Source of the DNA: an uncultured Hyphomicrobium sp.
GTDB taxonomy: Bacteria > Pseudomonadota > Alphaproteobacteria > Rhizobiales > Hyphomicrobiaceae
Length of the DNA: 44,928 bases
Direction of reading: 5' to 3'
Assembly: GCA_902825785.1 (NCBI GenBank)
Contig: CADECN010000001.1
Span: 1 to 44,928, forward strand
Of the stretch, positions 16,914 to 26,516 are shown piece by piece (within the stretch, counting starts at the first letter, position 1; every line of letters starts with the position of its first letter). Both the position numbers and the translations under genes were made by a program. Under the pieces are notes generated by a model. It did no database searches and was not told the origin of the DNA. It saw only the letters and a program-made list of their open reading frames with translations.

Positions 16914-17809
16914 GCGCTTATCTCTTCATAGCGGGCGTAGGCGTGCTCGAAGCGGTCCAGGTTCTCGGTCGTATAGGCGGCGTAGTCGAAATCGACCGTG
17001 CTGTGGATCTCGGACACCATGGCCCACATGGTTTCACGCAGCAGCGAGGCGGCCGTCATGGCGGCGGCGCGCCGGCGCAGGCCTTCGTCGACCGGACGGC
17101 CGAAATAGGACGCGATCAGCGCCTCGGCCATGGCAGGCGGCATCTCGCTGTTGGAGGCGAGGCCGCCCAGATCGAAGAGCGGCGAGTTGAAGCCCGCATA
17201 CTCCCAGTCGAGCAGCCACAGGTTTTTGCCGTCATCGAGGATGTTGGCCGCGAGCAGGTCGTTGTGGCCGAACACGACGTCGATGGCGCCGACGCCTGTC
17301 TCGAGATTTACGGCGCGCGCAAGAAGGTCCGAGAGCTTCGGTATGTGGCGGCTGCCGCCGTCGCGCAGCGTGTGGGCATAATCGCGGACGACGTGAAACG
17401 GCCAGAACATCGGCGCCGGTCCGCGCAAGTGGCGGGCCACGTCGTGATGGCATCGGCGCACGAGATCGACCAGGCGGGCGAGATTTTCCGGCTTTCGAAC
17501 GTCCTCGGGCGTGAAAGTGCGCCCATCGATGAACTCGATGACCTGAAAGCCCGGCTCGGCATGGATCACGGCCGGCGCGATACCGGCTTCGTGCGCGGCG
17601 CGCGCGGCAGCAAGTTCGCTCGTCCGCACCACGCCATGGACGAGGATATCGCCACCCGTGCGAACGACGTATTTGCGACCGCGATCCGTTACGACGTAGT
17701 TCTTGTTCGTGATGCCGCCGGGCAGCGGCTGCGGATCGACGCATCCAAACCAAAGATCGAGCGTCGCGACGCGCCGAAGCAGGGGGTCGTCTAACTTGTC
17801 AGGCTGCAT
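16910..17809 (-). CDS. Choline/ethanolamine kinase-family phosphotransferase 1
   Basis: GGITN, FGHNDLLAANIL and LLDWEYAG motifs. ATGA-coupled to the GcvT gene. Confidence 0.88.
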   Translation of the reverse strand: MQPDKLDDPLLRRVATLDLWFGCVDPQPLPGGITNKNYVVTDRGRKYVVRTGGDILVHGVVRTSELAAARAAHEAGIAPAVIHAEPGFQVIEFIDGRTFTPEDVRKPENLARLVDLVRRCHHDVARHLRGPAPMFWPFHVVRDYAHTLRDGGSRHIPKLSDLLARAVNLETGVGAIDVVFGHNDLLAANILDDGKNLWLLDWEYAGFNSPLFDLGGLASNSEMPPAMAEALIASYFGRPVDEGLRRRAAAMTAASLLRETMWAMVSEIHSTVDFDYAAYTTENLDRFEHAYARYEEISA

Positions 17810-19811
17810 GGCTGGCCCCGCTGCGTTGTGCGGCGAGCCGGTTGGCGGCGGCCTGGATCAGGCGATCTGCGATGATCGCGATAGCCGCCACGCACAGGCC
17901 TGCGACCAAGCCCTTGCCGGTATCGGCCTTGGTGAGCGCGATGTAGACCTGCTGGCCGAGGTCGCGCGTCCCGACCAACGCGGTGATGACCAGCATCGAG
18001 AGCGCGAGCATGACCGTCTGGTTGACGCCGAGCAGGATGGTCGGCAGCGCAACGGGCAGCTGGATGCGTTGCAGGATCTGACGCCGCGTGCAGCCCATGG
18101 ACGTGCCGGCTTCGACGAGCATCTCGGGCACCTGCTGGATGCCGTGGGCCGAGAAGCGCACGGCGGGCGCCAGCGCGTAAAGGGTGATGGCGAGGATGGC
18201 GGTGAAGTCGCCGACCTTGAACAGCATCACCGCCGGAATGAGATAGACGAAGCTCGGGAGCGTCTGCAGCGTATCGATGACCGGCTCGACGATGCGCCAG
18301 GCGCGCGGGTTGAGGCCGGCGTAGATGCCGACCGCAATACCGATCATGGCCGCGAACAGGACGCCGATGGCGCACAGATAGACGCTCACCATCGAGAACT
18401 CCCACAGCCCGTTGAGGACGATGAAGAGCGCAAGGCCGGCGACGAGCGCGGCCAGGCGAACGCCGCCCAGACGCCATCCGACGAACGCGAGCGCCGCAAC
18501 CACGAGCGGCCAGGGCTGGGCAAGCATGAATCGCTTGACCGGGAGCAGCAGGTTCAGAAGCAGGAACGTCTTTATGGCGTCGAAAAAATCGAAGAAGTTG
18601 ACGGTGATCCAGCGCACGGCTTCCGACCACCAGGGCGCGGTGGAGAGCGTGAACGCCTCCGGATAGGTGGCAACGAAGGGCAGGAACAAACCGACGAAAT
18701 AGGTGACGGCAACGAACGCCGCCAGGGCGAGCAGGAATGTCCGCCCGTCACCTTGCGCTTCGCGCCGGCGTGCGCCTTCGGCATAAGCCTGGCTCAGCCG
18801 GTCGAGCGCGACCGCGAGCACGACGATGGCGACACCGGCCTCGAGCCCGCGTCCGATATCGAGCCGCCGGAGGCTGGTCAGCACATCGAAGCCGAGGCCG
18901 CCGGCGCCGATCATCGAGGCGATGATCACCATGTTGAGCGAGAGCATGATGACCTGGTTGACGCCGACCAGAAGCTGCGGCCGCGCCGCCGGCAGCATGA
19001 CGTTCAAGATCATCTGCCGGGGCGTCGTCCCGGCCATGGTGCCGTACTCGACGATCTCACGCGGCACAGCCGAGAGCGCCGCCATTGTCACGCGCACCAT
19101 GGGTGGCGCCGCGTAGATGATGGTCGCGATCATGGCCGCCACCGGCCCGAATCCGAACAGAAACAGGATCGGGATCAGATAGGCGAACGTCGGCACCGTC
19201 TGCATGAGATCGAGGACGGGCGTCATGATGCGCCTGAACAGCGGCATCCGGTATCCGGCCACGCCGCACACGAGCCCGGCCGCTATGCCGATGGGTGCCG
19301 CGACGACGATGGAGGACAGCGTCGTCATGGCGCTCGCCCACTGACCGAACACGGCGAGATAGAGGAAGCAGCCGCCCGCGACGAGCGCGAGCCGGGGGCC
19401 GCCGAAGCGGTAGCCGAGAGCTGCAACGATGCCGACAACCGCGACCCACGGCAGCGGTGGCGCGAGCTGGACGGCGGCGGAGCCACGGCCCTCCTGCAGT
19501 CCGCGCGACAGGAACGCGGTTGCGACCTCGAGCGGAACATTGAGCACGGCGGCGATGGCGCGCGTCATTTCCTTGAAGGTGAAAAGGCCGAAGTTCGCCT
19601 GCTCGACCAGCCATTTCATCAGGCTCGAAATGCCGCTATCCAGGCCAAGCTGCCAGGACCGTGGCAACTCTCGCATCCAGGCAGGTATGACGCTGTCGCC
19701 GGTCGCGAACGCAAGGAGCGCAAGGGCGGCAAATACGGCCATAGCGACGGACGTCGGGTTAACGCGTGCCGGGATATCGACGGCTTTGCTGTTGACCGCG
19801 GCCACGCTCAT
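17799..19811 (-). CDS. Betaine/proline-type ABC transporter permease with two fused ProW domains
   Basis: Two repeats: LDLMQTVPTFAYLIP..GVNQVIM and IDTLQTLPSFVYLIP..GVNQTVM. Confidence 0.9.
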   Translation of the reverse strand: MSVAAVNSKAVDIPARVNPTSVAMAVFAALALLAFATGDSVIPAWMRELPRSWQLGLDSGISSLMKWLVEQANFGLFTFKEMTRAIAAVLNVPLEVATAFLSRGLQEGRGSAAVQLAPPLPWVAVVGIVAALGYRFGGPRLALVAGGCFLYLAVFGQWASAMTTLSSIVVAAPIGIAAGLVCGVAGYRMPLFRRIMTPVLDLMQTVPTFAYLIPILFLFGFGPVAAMIATIIYAAPPMVRVTMAALSAVPREIVEYGTMAGTTPRQMILNVMLPAARPQLLVGVNQVIMLSLNMVIIASMIGAGGLGFDVLTSLRRLDIGRGLEAGVAIVVLAVALDRLSQAYAEGARRREAQGDGRTFLLALAAFVAVTYFVGLFLPFVATYPEAFTLSTAPWWSEAVRWITVNFFDFFDAIKTFLLLNLLLPVKRFMLAQPWPLVVAALAFVGWRLGGVRLAALVAGLALFIVLNGLWEFSMVSVYLCAIGVLFAAMIGIAVGIYAGLNPRAWRIVEPVIDTLQTLPSFVYLIPAVMLFKVGDFTAILAITLYALAPAVRFSAHGIQQVPEMLVEAGTSMGCTRRQILQRIQLPVALPTILLGVNQTVMLALSMLVITALVGTRDLGQQVYIALTKADTGKGLVAGLCVAAIAIIADRLIQAAANRLAAQRSGASHAA

Positions 19812-20836
19812 GCAAGCTCCTCGGCTCCGACGAGCACGCGCATGACCGCACGACGGTCGACGACGCCGATCTGACGGCCGGCTTCATCGGCAACGGCAAC
19901 GGGGTGCTCGGAGCCATCGACGCGAGCCGCGAACTCGCAAACCTTTGCAGTGGCCGGGATCGAGCCCGTGACCGTTTCGCCGGCAGCCGCGTCGCGCATG
20001 ATGGCGCGGGCGGACAGGATCTTGCTGCGCGGCGCCTCGCGCGTGAAATCCGCCACGTAGGAGTCCGCCGGAGCGATGATGAGTTCTTCGGGCGTTCCGA
20101 CTTGAACGATGCGCCCGTCGCGCATGATGGCGATGCGGTCGCCGACGCGCACGGCCTCGTCGAAGTCGTGCGTGATGAAGGCGATGGTCTTGTGGAGCGC
20201 ATCCTGCAGACGCATGAACTCGTTCTGCATCTCGCGCCGGATGAGCGGGTCGAGCGCGGAGAACGGTTCGTCGAGGAACCAGATGTCCGGATTGGTAATG
20301 AGGGATCGTGCGATGCCGACGCGCTGTTGCTGGCCGCCGGAAAGCTGATGCGGCATATAGTTTTCGCGCCCGGCCAACCCCACAAGCTCGATCATCTCGC
20401 GCGCGGGCGTCTCGCGCTCGCGCCGGCCGACGCCACGGATTTCGAGCGGAAAGGCGACGTTATCGAGCACGGAGAGATGGGGCAGCAGCGCGAAATGCTG
20501 GAACACCATGCCCATCTTGTGGCGCCTGAGCTCGATCAAATCGGCGGGCGACACCGACAGCAGGTCGAGGCCGTCGAAGAGCACGCCGCCGCTGGTCGGC
20601 TCGATCAGTCGCGACATGCAGCGCACGAGCGTCGACTTGCCGGAGCCGGACAGGCCCATGATGACGAAGATTTCGCCGCGCTCGATTTCTATCGACGCGT
20701 CGGCGACGGCGGCGACGTAGCCGGCCGCGCGGATGGCGTCTTCGCTTGGCCTAGATGCGTGCTGCGCCATGAAGCCCTTGGGATCGGGTCCATAGAGCTT
20801 CCAGAGGTCGCGGCACACGAGCGTGGCATTGGTCAT
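19808..20836 (-). CDS. Betaine/proline-type ABC transporter ATPase (ProV-like)
   Basis: GLSGSGKS, LSGGQQQRVG, DEPFSALDPLIR and FITHD motifs. An alternative TTG start lies at 20842. Confidence 0.92.
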   Translation of the reverse strand: MTNATLVCRDLWKLYGPDPKGFMAQHASRPSEDAIRAAGYVAAVADASIEIERGEIFVIMGLSGSGKSTLVRCMSRLIEPTSGGVLFDGLDLLSVSPADLIELRRHKMGMVFQHFALLPHLSVLDNVAFPLEIRGVGRRERETPAREMIELVGLAGRENYMPHQLSGGQQQRVGIARSLITNPDIWFLDEPFSALDPLIRREMQNEFMRLQDALHKTIAFITHDFDEAVRVGDRIAIMRDGRIVQVGTPEELIIAPADSYVADFTREAPRSKILSARAIMRDAAAGETVTGSIPATAKVCEFAARVDGSEHPVAVADEAGRQIGVVDRRAVMRVLVGAEELA

Positions 20837-20882
20837 CGACAAAGCCCGGCGGTCACGCGCGTTCCGGTGCCGCGCAATGAGT

Positions 20883-20926
20883 GGCCATGATCGCGGACCT
20901 GGTTCGCGGCCCTTGCGATCATGGCC
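20883..20926. terminator. 12-bp hairpin between the binding-protein and ATPase genes
   Basis: GGCCATGATCGC...GCGATCATGGCC, positioned like an mRNA-stabilising stem after a binding-protein gene. Confidence 0.55.
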
Positions 20927-20938
20927 TTGCTTCAGGAC

Positions 20939-21889
20939 CTAGCCGCCGATCCACTTCTTCCAGCGGCCTTCGTTCTCTTTCATCCAGCCGTCGACCACAT
21001 CTTCGAGCTTCTTGCCATCGAGGTCGACGGCGCCGACCAGCTTGCCCATTTCCTCGTTGGTGATGTTGAAGCCCTTGATGGCGGTGTAGGCGGTCGGCCA
21101 CTTGTCCTTGACGCCCGACCACGCAACCTTCCAGATCGGGCCGCGCGGCTTGCCGCAGTCGTGCGTTTTCTCTTTGTTGATGCCCCAGGCAGGATCGGTG
21201 TAGCAGGCGGGCTCATACGGCGGGAACGCAACCCACTCGCCCTTGTATTTGATCGGCGCCCAGTGCGGCGCGTAGATCCAGAGCACGATCGGCGCCTTGC
21301 GCTGGTAGGCCGATTCAAGCTCGGCGAACAAGGCCGCGTCAGTACCCGCATGTACGACTTCGAACGGAAGGTCGAGCGCGGCAACGCGTTCCTCATCGAA
21401 GCCGCCCCATGTGACCGGACCGCCGAGATAGCGGCCTTTTGGGGCGGTTTCTGGAACGCTGAATTTCTCGGCGCAGCCCTTGAGGGCCTTCCAGTCAGGT
21501 AGGCCGGGGCACTGTTCCTTCATGTATTCGGGAAACCACCACTCCTCGATCGCAAGCATACCGGTCTCGCCGAGGTTTTCGACTTGTTTTGTTGCGGTCG
21601 CCTCGTCGAGCGCTTCCTTGCCTGTCGTCGCCCAGATCTCCATGGCGACGTGTACGTCGCCGGTCTTCAGGCCCGCGAACTGCGCCAGATAGTCGGCCTG
21701 CACATATTCGATGTTAAGGCCGGCTTTCTTCAGGACCTCGCCCATGATGTGGGCGCTGACGAGCTGGCCCGTCCAGTCGTGGAGCGTGAGCTTGATGGGA
21801 TCTTTGGAATCTTCCGCCAGGGCTGGCGGAGGCACGACAAAAGCGAGCGCGAGAGCCGCCAGTGTGGCCTTGACGGGAAGCTGCACCAT
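20939..21889 (-). CDS. Betaine-type ABC substrate-binding protein (ProX/OpuAC family)
   Basis: Signal peptide. HDWTGQ, MEIW, CPGLPDWKAL, PKGRYLGGPVTW and YAPHW motifs. Confidence 0.9.
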   Translation of the reverse strand: MVQLPVKATLAALALAFVVPPPALAEDSKDPIKLTLHDWTGQLVSAHIMGEVLKKAGLNIEYVQADYLAQFAGLKTGDVHVAMEIWATTGKEALDEATATKQVENLGETGMLAIEEWWFPEYMKEQCPGLPDWKALKGCAEKFSVPETAPKGRYLGGPVTWGGFDEERVAALDLPFEVVHAGTDAALFAELESAYQRKAPIVLWIYAPHWAPIKYKGEWVAFPPYEPACYTDPAWGINKEKTHDCGKPRGPIWKVAWSGVKDKWPTAYTAIKGFNITNEEMGKLVGAVDLDGKKLEDVVDGWMKENEGRWKKWIGG

Positions 21890-22080
21890 TCATCACCCGA
21901 TTGCGTTGGAATCGACACTATCCCTGCGCAAGCTTGGCGGCCGCTGCAGTCTCCGAGGCCAGCCTCACAGCGCAGGTCAGCGTCGTCACGATCCCACACG
22001 ATGTCAATGAGCTTTTATCATCTTTGTTGCGTTTTGTGGTTTTTTGCCCAAGTCTGAGGCAGATGGTTGGAGTTATGTCC

Positions 22081-22869
22081 ATGAATTTCCCAACCCGATG
22101 GCAGAGCGCCATCCTCGATGCGCTGCGCATTACTGGCCGTGAAACGATCGCCTCGCTCGCCGAGCGTCTTGAGGTGTCGGACGAAACCGTGCGCCGGCAT
22201 CTGAAGGACCTGGTCGAGCAAGGCACGGTGCACCGCGTGCATGGCGGCGTGATCCTGGCGGGAACGCTGGTCGAGCCGCCTTTCTCACGCCGCATGAACG
22301 ATCGGATCGCCGCCAAACGCGCCATCGCGCGGGCTGTTGTTGAGCACGTCTCTGATGGCATGACGCTGCTCATAGATTCCGGATCGACCACAACCTACGT
22401 CGCGCAAGCGCTTCTCAAACGAAGCGGCCTCACGGTCGTCACCAACTCAATCGAGATCGCACGTACGCTGGTGGGACGCGGCGATTGCGCGGTCCATCTC
22501 GCAGGCGGCGCGCTTCGCGCCGACATCGGCGCCGCGGTCGGCCACGAAGCCATCGAGTTGATCAAGGAGTTCCGCGCCGACCTCGCTATCCTTTCAATCG
22601 GCGCCATTGACGCCAAGGACGGCTACATGGATTTCGACATCGACGAGGCGCGCGTCGCGCGCACCATGATCGATCGCGCGGATCGCGTGCTTGTCGCGGC
22701 CGACGCCTGGAAGTTCACCGCCAAGGCGCGCGTGCGGGTTTGCGGCTTCGAGCCGGTGTCGCTGCTGGTTTGCGATGCGCCGCCGCCTCCGGCCCTGCGC
22801 CAGCGCATCGACGCCGCTGGCTCCGAGGTCGTGCTTGCCGCCGACGATCACGCAACCGAACCGGCGTGA
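22081..22869 (+). CDS. DeoR/GlpR-family transcriptional regulator
   Basis: LEVSDETVRRHL..RVHGG HTH. AKRAIA, IDSGSTT, VVTNS and ADAWKF motifs. Confidence 0.92.
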   Translation: MNFPTRWQSAILDALRITGRETIASLAERLEVSDETVRRHLKDLVEQGTVHRVHGGVILAGTLVEPPFSRRMNDRIAAKRAIARAVVEHVSDGMTLLIDSGSTTTYVAQALLKRSGLTVVTNSIEIARTLVGRGDCAVHLAGGALRADIGAAVGHEAIELIKEFRADLAILSIGAIDAKDGYMDFDIDEARVARTMIDRADRVLVAADAWKFTAKARVRVCGFEPVSLLVCDAPPPPALRQRIDAAGSEVVLAADDHATEPA

Positions 22870-23003
22870 TCTCTGCTGGAAAGCCACGAATTTGCGCAAC
22901 AATGTGAGAAGCCCCCTAGCAACTCGACGTATCTGTTGACTTTGCGTTGAGCGCGGCGACAGCTTCCGATCCCTGACTTTGCTTCGACCGGACATCTTTG
23001 CCG

Positions 23004-25424
23004 ATGGCGACATCGTTCGACAGGCACGCCCGCATCGTCATCATTGGTGGTGGCGCCGTCGGCTGCTCGCTGGCCTATCACCTCGGCCGGCGCGGCGCGC
23101 GCGATGTCGTTGTGATCGAGAAGTCGCGCATCACCGACGGCTGCACGTGGCATGCGGCCGGTCTCGTCGGTCAGTTGCGCGGGCGGCGCAATCTCACGCG
23201 CCTGATGCAGAACTCGGTCGCCGTGTTCGACCGGCTGGAGGCGGAATCCGGCCACGCCATCGACTGGCGCAAGGTGGGATCGCTGCGGCTTGCGTCAAGT
23301 CCGGATCGCTGGAGCGAAATCCGCCGCTCGATGACGCTCGCCAAAAGCTTTGGCTTCGAGTGTCACGCGCTGTCGGCGGCCGAGGCGCAGGCGCTCTTTC
23401 CCTACATCGACGCCGATGGCGTCGTCGGCGCGGCCCTCATTCCATCCGACGGCTATGTCGATCCCTACGCGCTGACGAACGCTTACGCGGCGGCCGCGCG
23501 CAAGTCGGGCGTCAGAATAGAGGAAGGCGTGCAAGTCACCGAAATTCTGAAAGACGGGCGGCGCGTCGTCGGCGTTGCGACCGATCACGGTGCGATGGCT
23601 TGCGAAATTCTGGTGAACTGCGCGGGGCTGTGGGCCAAGCGCATCGGCGAGATGGCGGGTGTCGCGCTCGCCGCTGGCGTCGTCGAACACCAGTATTTCC
23701 TGACCGAGAAGAAGCTCAAACTACCGAAATCGCTGCCGACGCTGCGCGACCCCGACAAAAATTTCTATTTGAAGCCCGACGTCGGCGCGTTCGCCATCGG
23801 CGGCTGGGAGGACGGTACGAAAGGATGCTGGCGATCGCGTCCGCCGTTTAGCTTCGGGCGCGAACTCTTCCCCGAAAACATGGAGCGGCTTGAGCTATTC
23901 GCGCTCCCCTGCGCCGAACGCCTTCCTGTGCTGAACGAGATCGGAATTCAGACTGTCATCAACGGCCCTATTCCCGTGTCGGCCGACGGTGAGCCGATCA
24001 TGGGCCTCGCCCCGGAACTCGACAACTTCTTTGTCGCCTGCGGTTTTACGGCCGGCATCGCCGCGTCGGGCGGGGCGGGCGAGGCCATGGCCAACTGGAT
24101 CCTCGACGGCGATCCGGGCATGGATCTGTGGGCCTTTGACGTGCGCCGCTTCGGCGCCCCGCACAGCACCGGCCGCTATCTCGAAGAGCGTGCGATCGAA
24201 GCCTACGGCAGCTACTACAAGATCCATTGGCCGGCCGAGGAGACCCGCGCAGGGCGCGGCCTCCGGCGTTCACCGCTGCACGCGTATCTCGATGCCGCAG
24301 GCGCCGTGTTCGGTGCCCGCTTCGGCTGGGAGCGTCCGCTCTGGTTCGCGCCACCTGGCGGCTCACGCGAGGAACACCCGAGCTTCGAGGACAAGCCGTC
24401 CTGGTTCGACGCGGTCGGCGCCGAGCATCGCCACATCCGTGACGGCGTGGTGCTGATAGACCAGACCTCGTTTTCCAAATTCGAGATCGAGGGGCCGGGC
24501 GTCACGTCGGCGCTTGAGCGTCTGTGCACCAGCCGCATCGCGGGCGCGCCCGGCCGCTGTATCTATACGACGATGCTCAATCCCAAGGGCGGCATCGAGG
24601 CTGAGGTCACGCTGCTCCACCTCGGGCCGGACCGCTTCATGATGGTGTCGGGCAGTGCGTTCGGTGTCAGGGATTCGAGCTGGGTGCGCCGCAATCTTCC
24701 GCCGAACTCAGACATTGTGTTGCGTGACGTGACGTCGACGTGGGCGGTCTTGAACCTGTGCGGTCCACGCGCGAGAGAGGTCCTCGCAGAATTGTCGGAT
24801 GACGATCTGTCGAACGAAGTTTTTCCATTTCTCAGCGTTCGCGACATCGAGATCGGTCCGGTGCCGGTGCGCGCCGTGCGCGTCGGCTATGTCGGCGAAC
24901 TCGGCTTCGAACTGCATGTGCCGGGCGAGTATGCGCCCGCGCTCTACGAAGCGCTCAAAAGCGCTGGCGCACGGCAAGGCATCCGCGATGCGGGCTACCG
25001 CGCCATCGAGACGTGCCGGCTCGAGAAGGGCTACGTCTACTGGTCCGGCGAGATTGGACCTGACTACGATCCGATTTCTGCGGGCCTCGAGCAAACGGTC
25101 GATTTCAGCAAGGACTTCATCGGCCGCTCGGCGCTGGAAGTCATACGCGCGGAGGGACCCGCGCGCCGGCTATGTAGCTTCACCGTCGACGGTTTCGCGC
25201 CCTTCCACGGCGGCGAGACGATCCTGAAGGACGGCGCGGTCGTGGGTCAAACCGCGAGCTGCGGCTTTGGACATACCGTCGGTAAGACTATCGCCTTTGG
25301 CTGGCTGCCATCCGCGCTCGCTGGTGCGCAAGGTTTCGCGATCGAAGCTTTCGGCACCGCTTATGCCGCAACGCGCGTCGCGCGCACGCTTTACGATCCG
25401 GAGAATGTGCGTCTACTGTCTTAG
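23004..25424 (+). CDS. GcvT-family FAD/folate-dependent amine oxidoreductase 2
   Basis: GGGAVG, CTWHAAG, GWERPLWF, YVGELGFE and CRLEKGY motifs. Confidence 0.92.
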   Translation: MATSFDRHARIVIIGGGAVGCSLAYHLGRRGARDVVVIEKSRITDGCTWHAAGLVGQLRGRRNLTRLMQNSVAVFDRLEAESGHAIDWRKVGSLRLASSPDRWSEIRRSMTLAKSFGFECHALSAAEAQALFPYIDADGVVGAALIPSDGYVDPYALTNAYAAAARKSGVRIEEGVQVTEILKDGRRVVGVATDHGAMACEILVNCAGLWAKRIGEMAGVALAAGVVEHQYFLTEKKLKLPKSLPTLRDPDKNFYLKPDVGAFAIGGWEDGTKGCWRSRPPFSFGRELFPENMERLELFALPCAERLPVLNEIGIQTVINGPIPVSADGEPIMGLAPELDNFFVACGFTAGIAASGGAGEAMANWILDGDPGMDLWAFDVRRFGAPHSTGRYLEERAIEAYGSYYKIHWPAEETRAGRGLRRSPLHAYLDAAGAVFGARFGWERPLWFAPPGGSREEHPSFEDKPSWFDAVGAEHRHIRDGVVLIDQTSFSKFEIEGPGVTSALERLCTSRIAGAPGRCIYTTMLNPKGGIEAEVTLLHLGPDRFMMVSGSAFGVRDSSWVRRNLPPNSDIVLRDVTSTWAVLNLCGPRAREVLAELSDDDLSNEVFPFLSVRDIEIGPVPVRAVRVGYVGELGFELHVPGEYAPALYEALKSAGARQGIRDAGYRAIETCRLEKGYVYWSGEIGPDYDPISAGLEQTVDFSKDFIGRSALEVIRAEGPARRLCSFTVDGFAPFHGGETILKDGAVVGQTASCGFGHTVGKTIAFGWLPSALAGAQGFAIEAFGTAYAATRVARTLYDPENVRLLS

Positions 25425-25441
25425 ACCGGGACCGAGGGGCC

Positions 25442-26368
25442 ATGGACCAGGACGCGCGCGATATTGCAGATGCGCTGACGCGGCTGAGCGCGCATAGCGC
25501 TGACGAGATCGCGCAAGCCAAGGTCAGCAGACTGGGCGGCCTCACCAACCGCGTATTCCTGATCGACAGCGCACGAGGCGCGCACGTACTCCGCATCCCG
25601 GGCAAGGGCACCGAGGAATACATCAACCGGGCAGTCGAGGCGGTCGCCGCGCGTGCGGCTGCCCGTGCCGGCGTCAGTCCTGAGGTGATAGCTACGACCG
25701 AAGACGGCTTGATGCTGACGGTCGCGATCCCCGACGCCGTCACGCTCTCGCCCGAAGGTTTCGCGTCCATTGCGGGCGCACCGACGCGCGCCGCCCAGGT
25801 GCTGCGCAAGCTCCACGGCAGCGGCGAAACGTTCGCCTTTCGCTTCGAGCTTTTCGCCATGATCGACGACTACCTGAAGGTGCTCTCAGGCAAAACGATT
25901 GATTTACCGAATGGCTATCACGACGTGCTCGCATCAGCTGATGCCGTGCGTCACGCCTTGAACGCGCACGCGCTGCCGCTTACCGCCTGTCATTGCGACC
26001 CGCTGTCGGAGAACTTCCTCGACACCGGATCGCGCATGTGGCTGGTCGACTGGGAATACTCGGGCATGAACGATCCGCTCTGGGACCTGGGCGACGTCAT
26101 CGTCGAGGCCAAGCTCGCACCCGACAAGGAGACCGAGTTCATCCACGCCTATTTCAGCGGCGCGCCCTCCGCGGCCGAGCAGGGCCGCGTCGTCATCTAC
26201 AAGGCTATGTGCGATCTGCTCTGGACGCTTTGGGGCCTGATCCAGCACGCCAACAACAACCCCGCCGACGACTTCTGGGTTTATGCGACGGGCCGTTTCG
26301 AGCGCTGCAAAGCCCTGATGGCGACGTCTGAGTTTGCCGAACACGTCAAGGCCGTCTCTCGCGGCTGA
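25442..26368 (+). CDS. Choline/ethanolamine kinase-family phosphotransferase 2
   Basis: LGGLTN, LRIPGKGT, CHCDPLSENFL and LVDWEYSGMND motifs. GAGGGG RBS. Confidence 0.88.
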   Translation: MDQDARDIADALTRLSAHSADEIAQAKVSRLGGLTNRVFLIDSARGAHVLRIPGKGTEEYINRAVEAVAARAAARAGVSPEVIATTEDGLMLTVAIPDAVTLSPEGFASIAGAPTRAAQVLRKLHGSGETFAFRFELFAMIDDYLKVLSGKTIDLPNGYHDVLASADAVRHALNAHALPLTACHCDPLSENFLDTGSRMWLVDWEYSGMNDPLWDLGDVIVEAKLAPDKETEFIHAYFSGAPSAAEQGRVVIYKAMCDLLWTLWGLIQHANNNPADDFWVYATGRFERCKALMATSEFAEHVKAVSRG

Positions 26369-26378
26369 CGCGGCGCGC

Positions 26379-26422
26379 AAAAAAAAAAGATGCAAGCGCG
26401 GCGACGCTTGCATCTCTCTTCT
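26379..26422. terminator. Bidirectional intrinsic terminator
   Basis: A10 run, 11-bp stem AGATGCAAGCG/CGCTTGCATCT, then CTCTTCT. Lies between convergent genes. Confidence 0.8.
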
Positions 26423-26516
26423 GCCGAAAATGCGACTGATGGGAGGTCAGTTCGTCTTTCCTGCGTAGTGGTGACGACGGCCTAGCACCTTCAGACCGTC
26501 GTCGCTGATTGTGGGA

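Noticed and set aside
15486-19874. Long opposite-strand ORFs (15486-16739, 17703-19874, and similar ones such as 2413-3366 and 30307-31227)
   Set aside because: Antisense shadows of well-supported genes in high-GC DNA, with no motifs.
20939-21889. Naming the binding protein TmoX, ProX or ChoX
   Set aside because: The family is clear but specificity cannot be assigned by eye.
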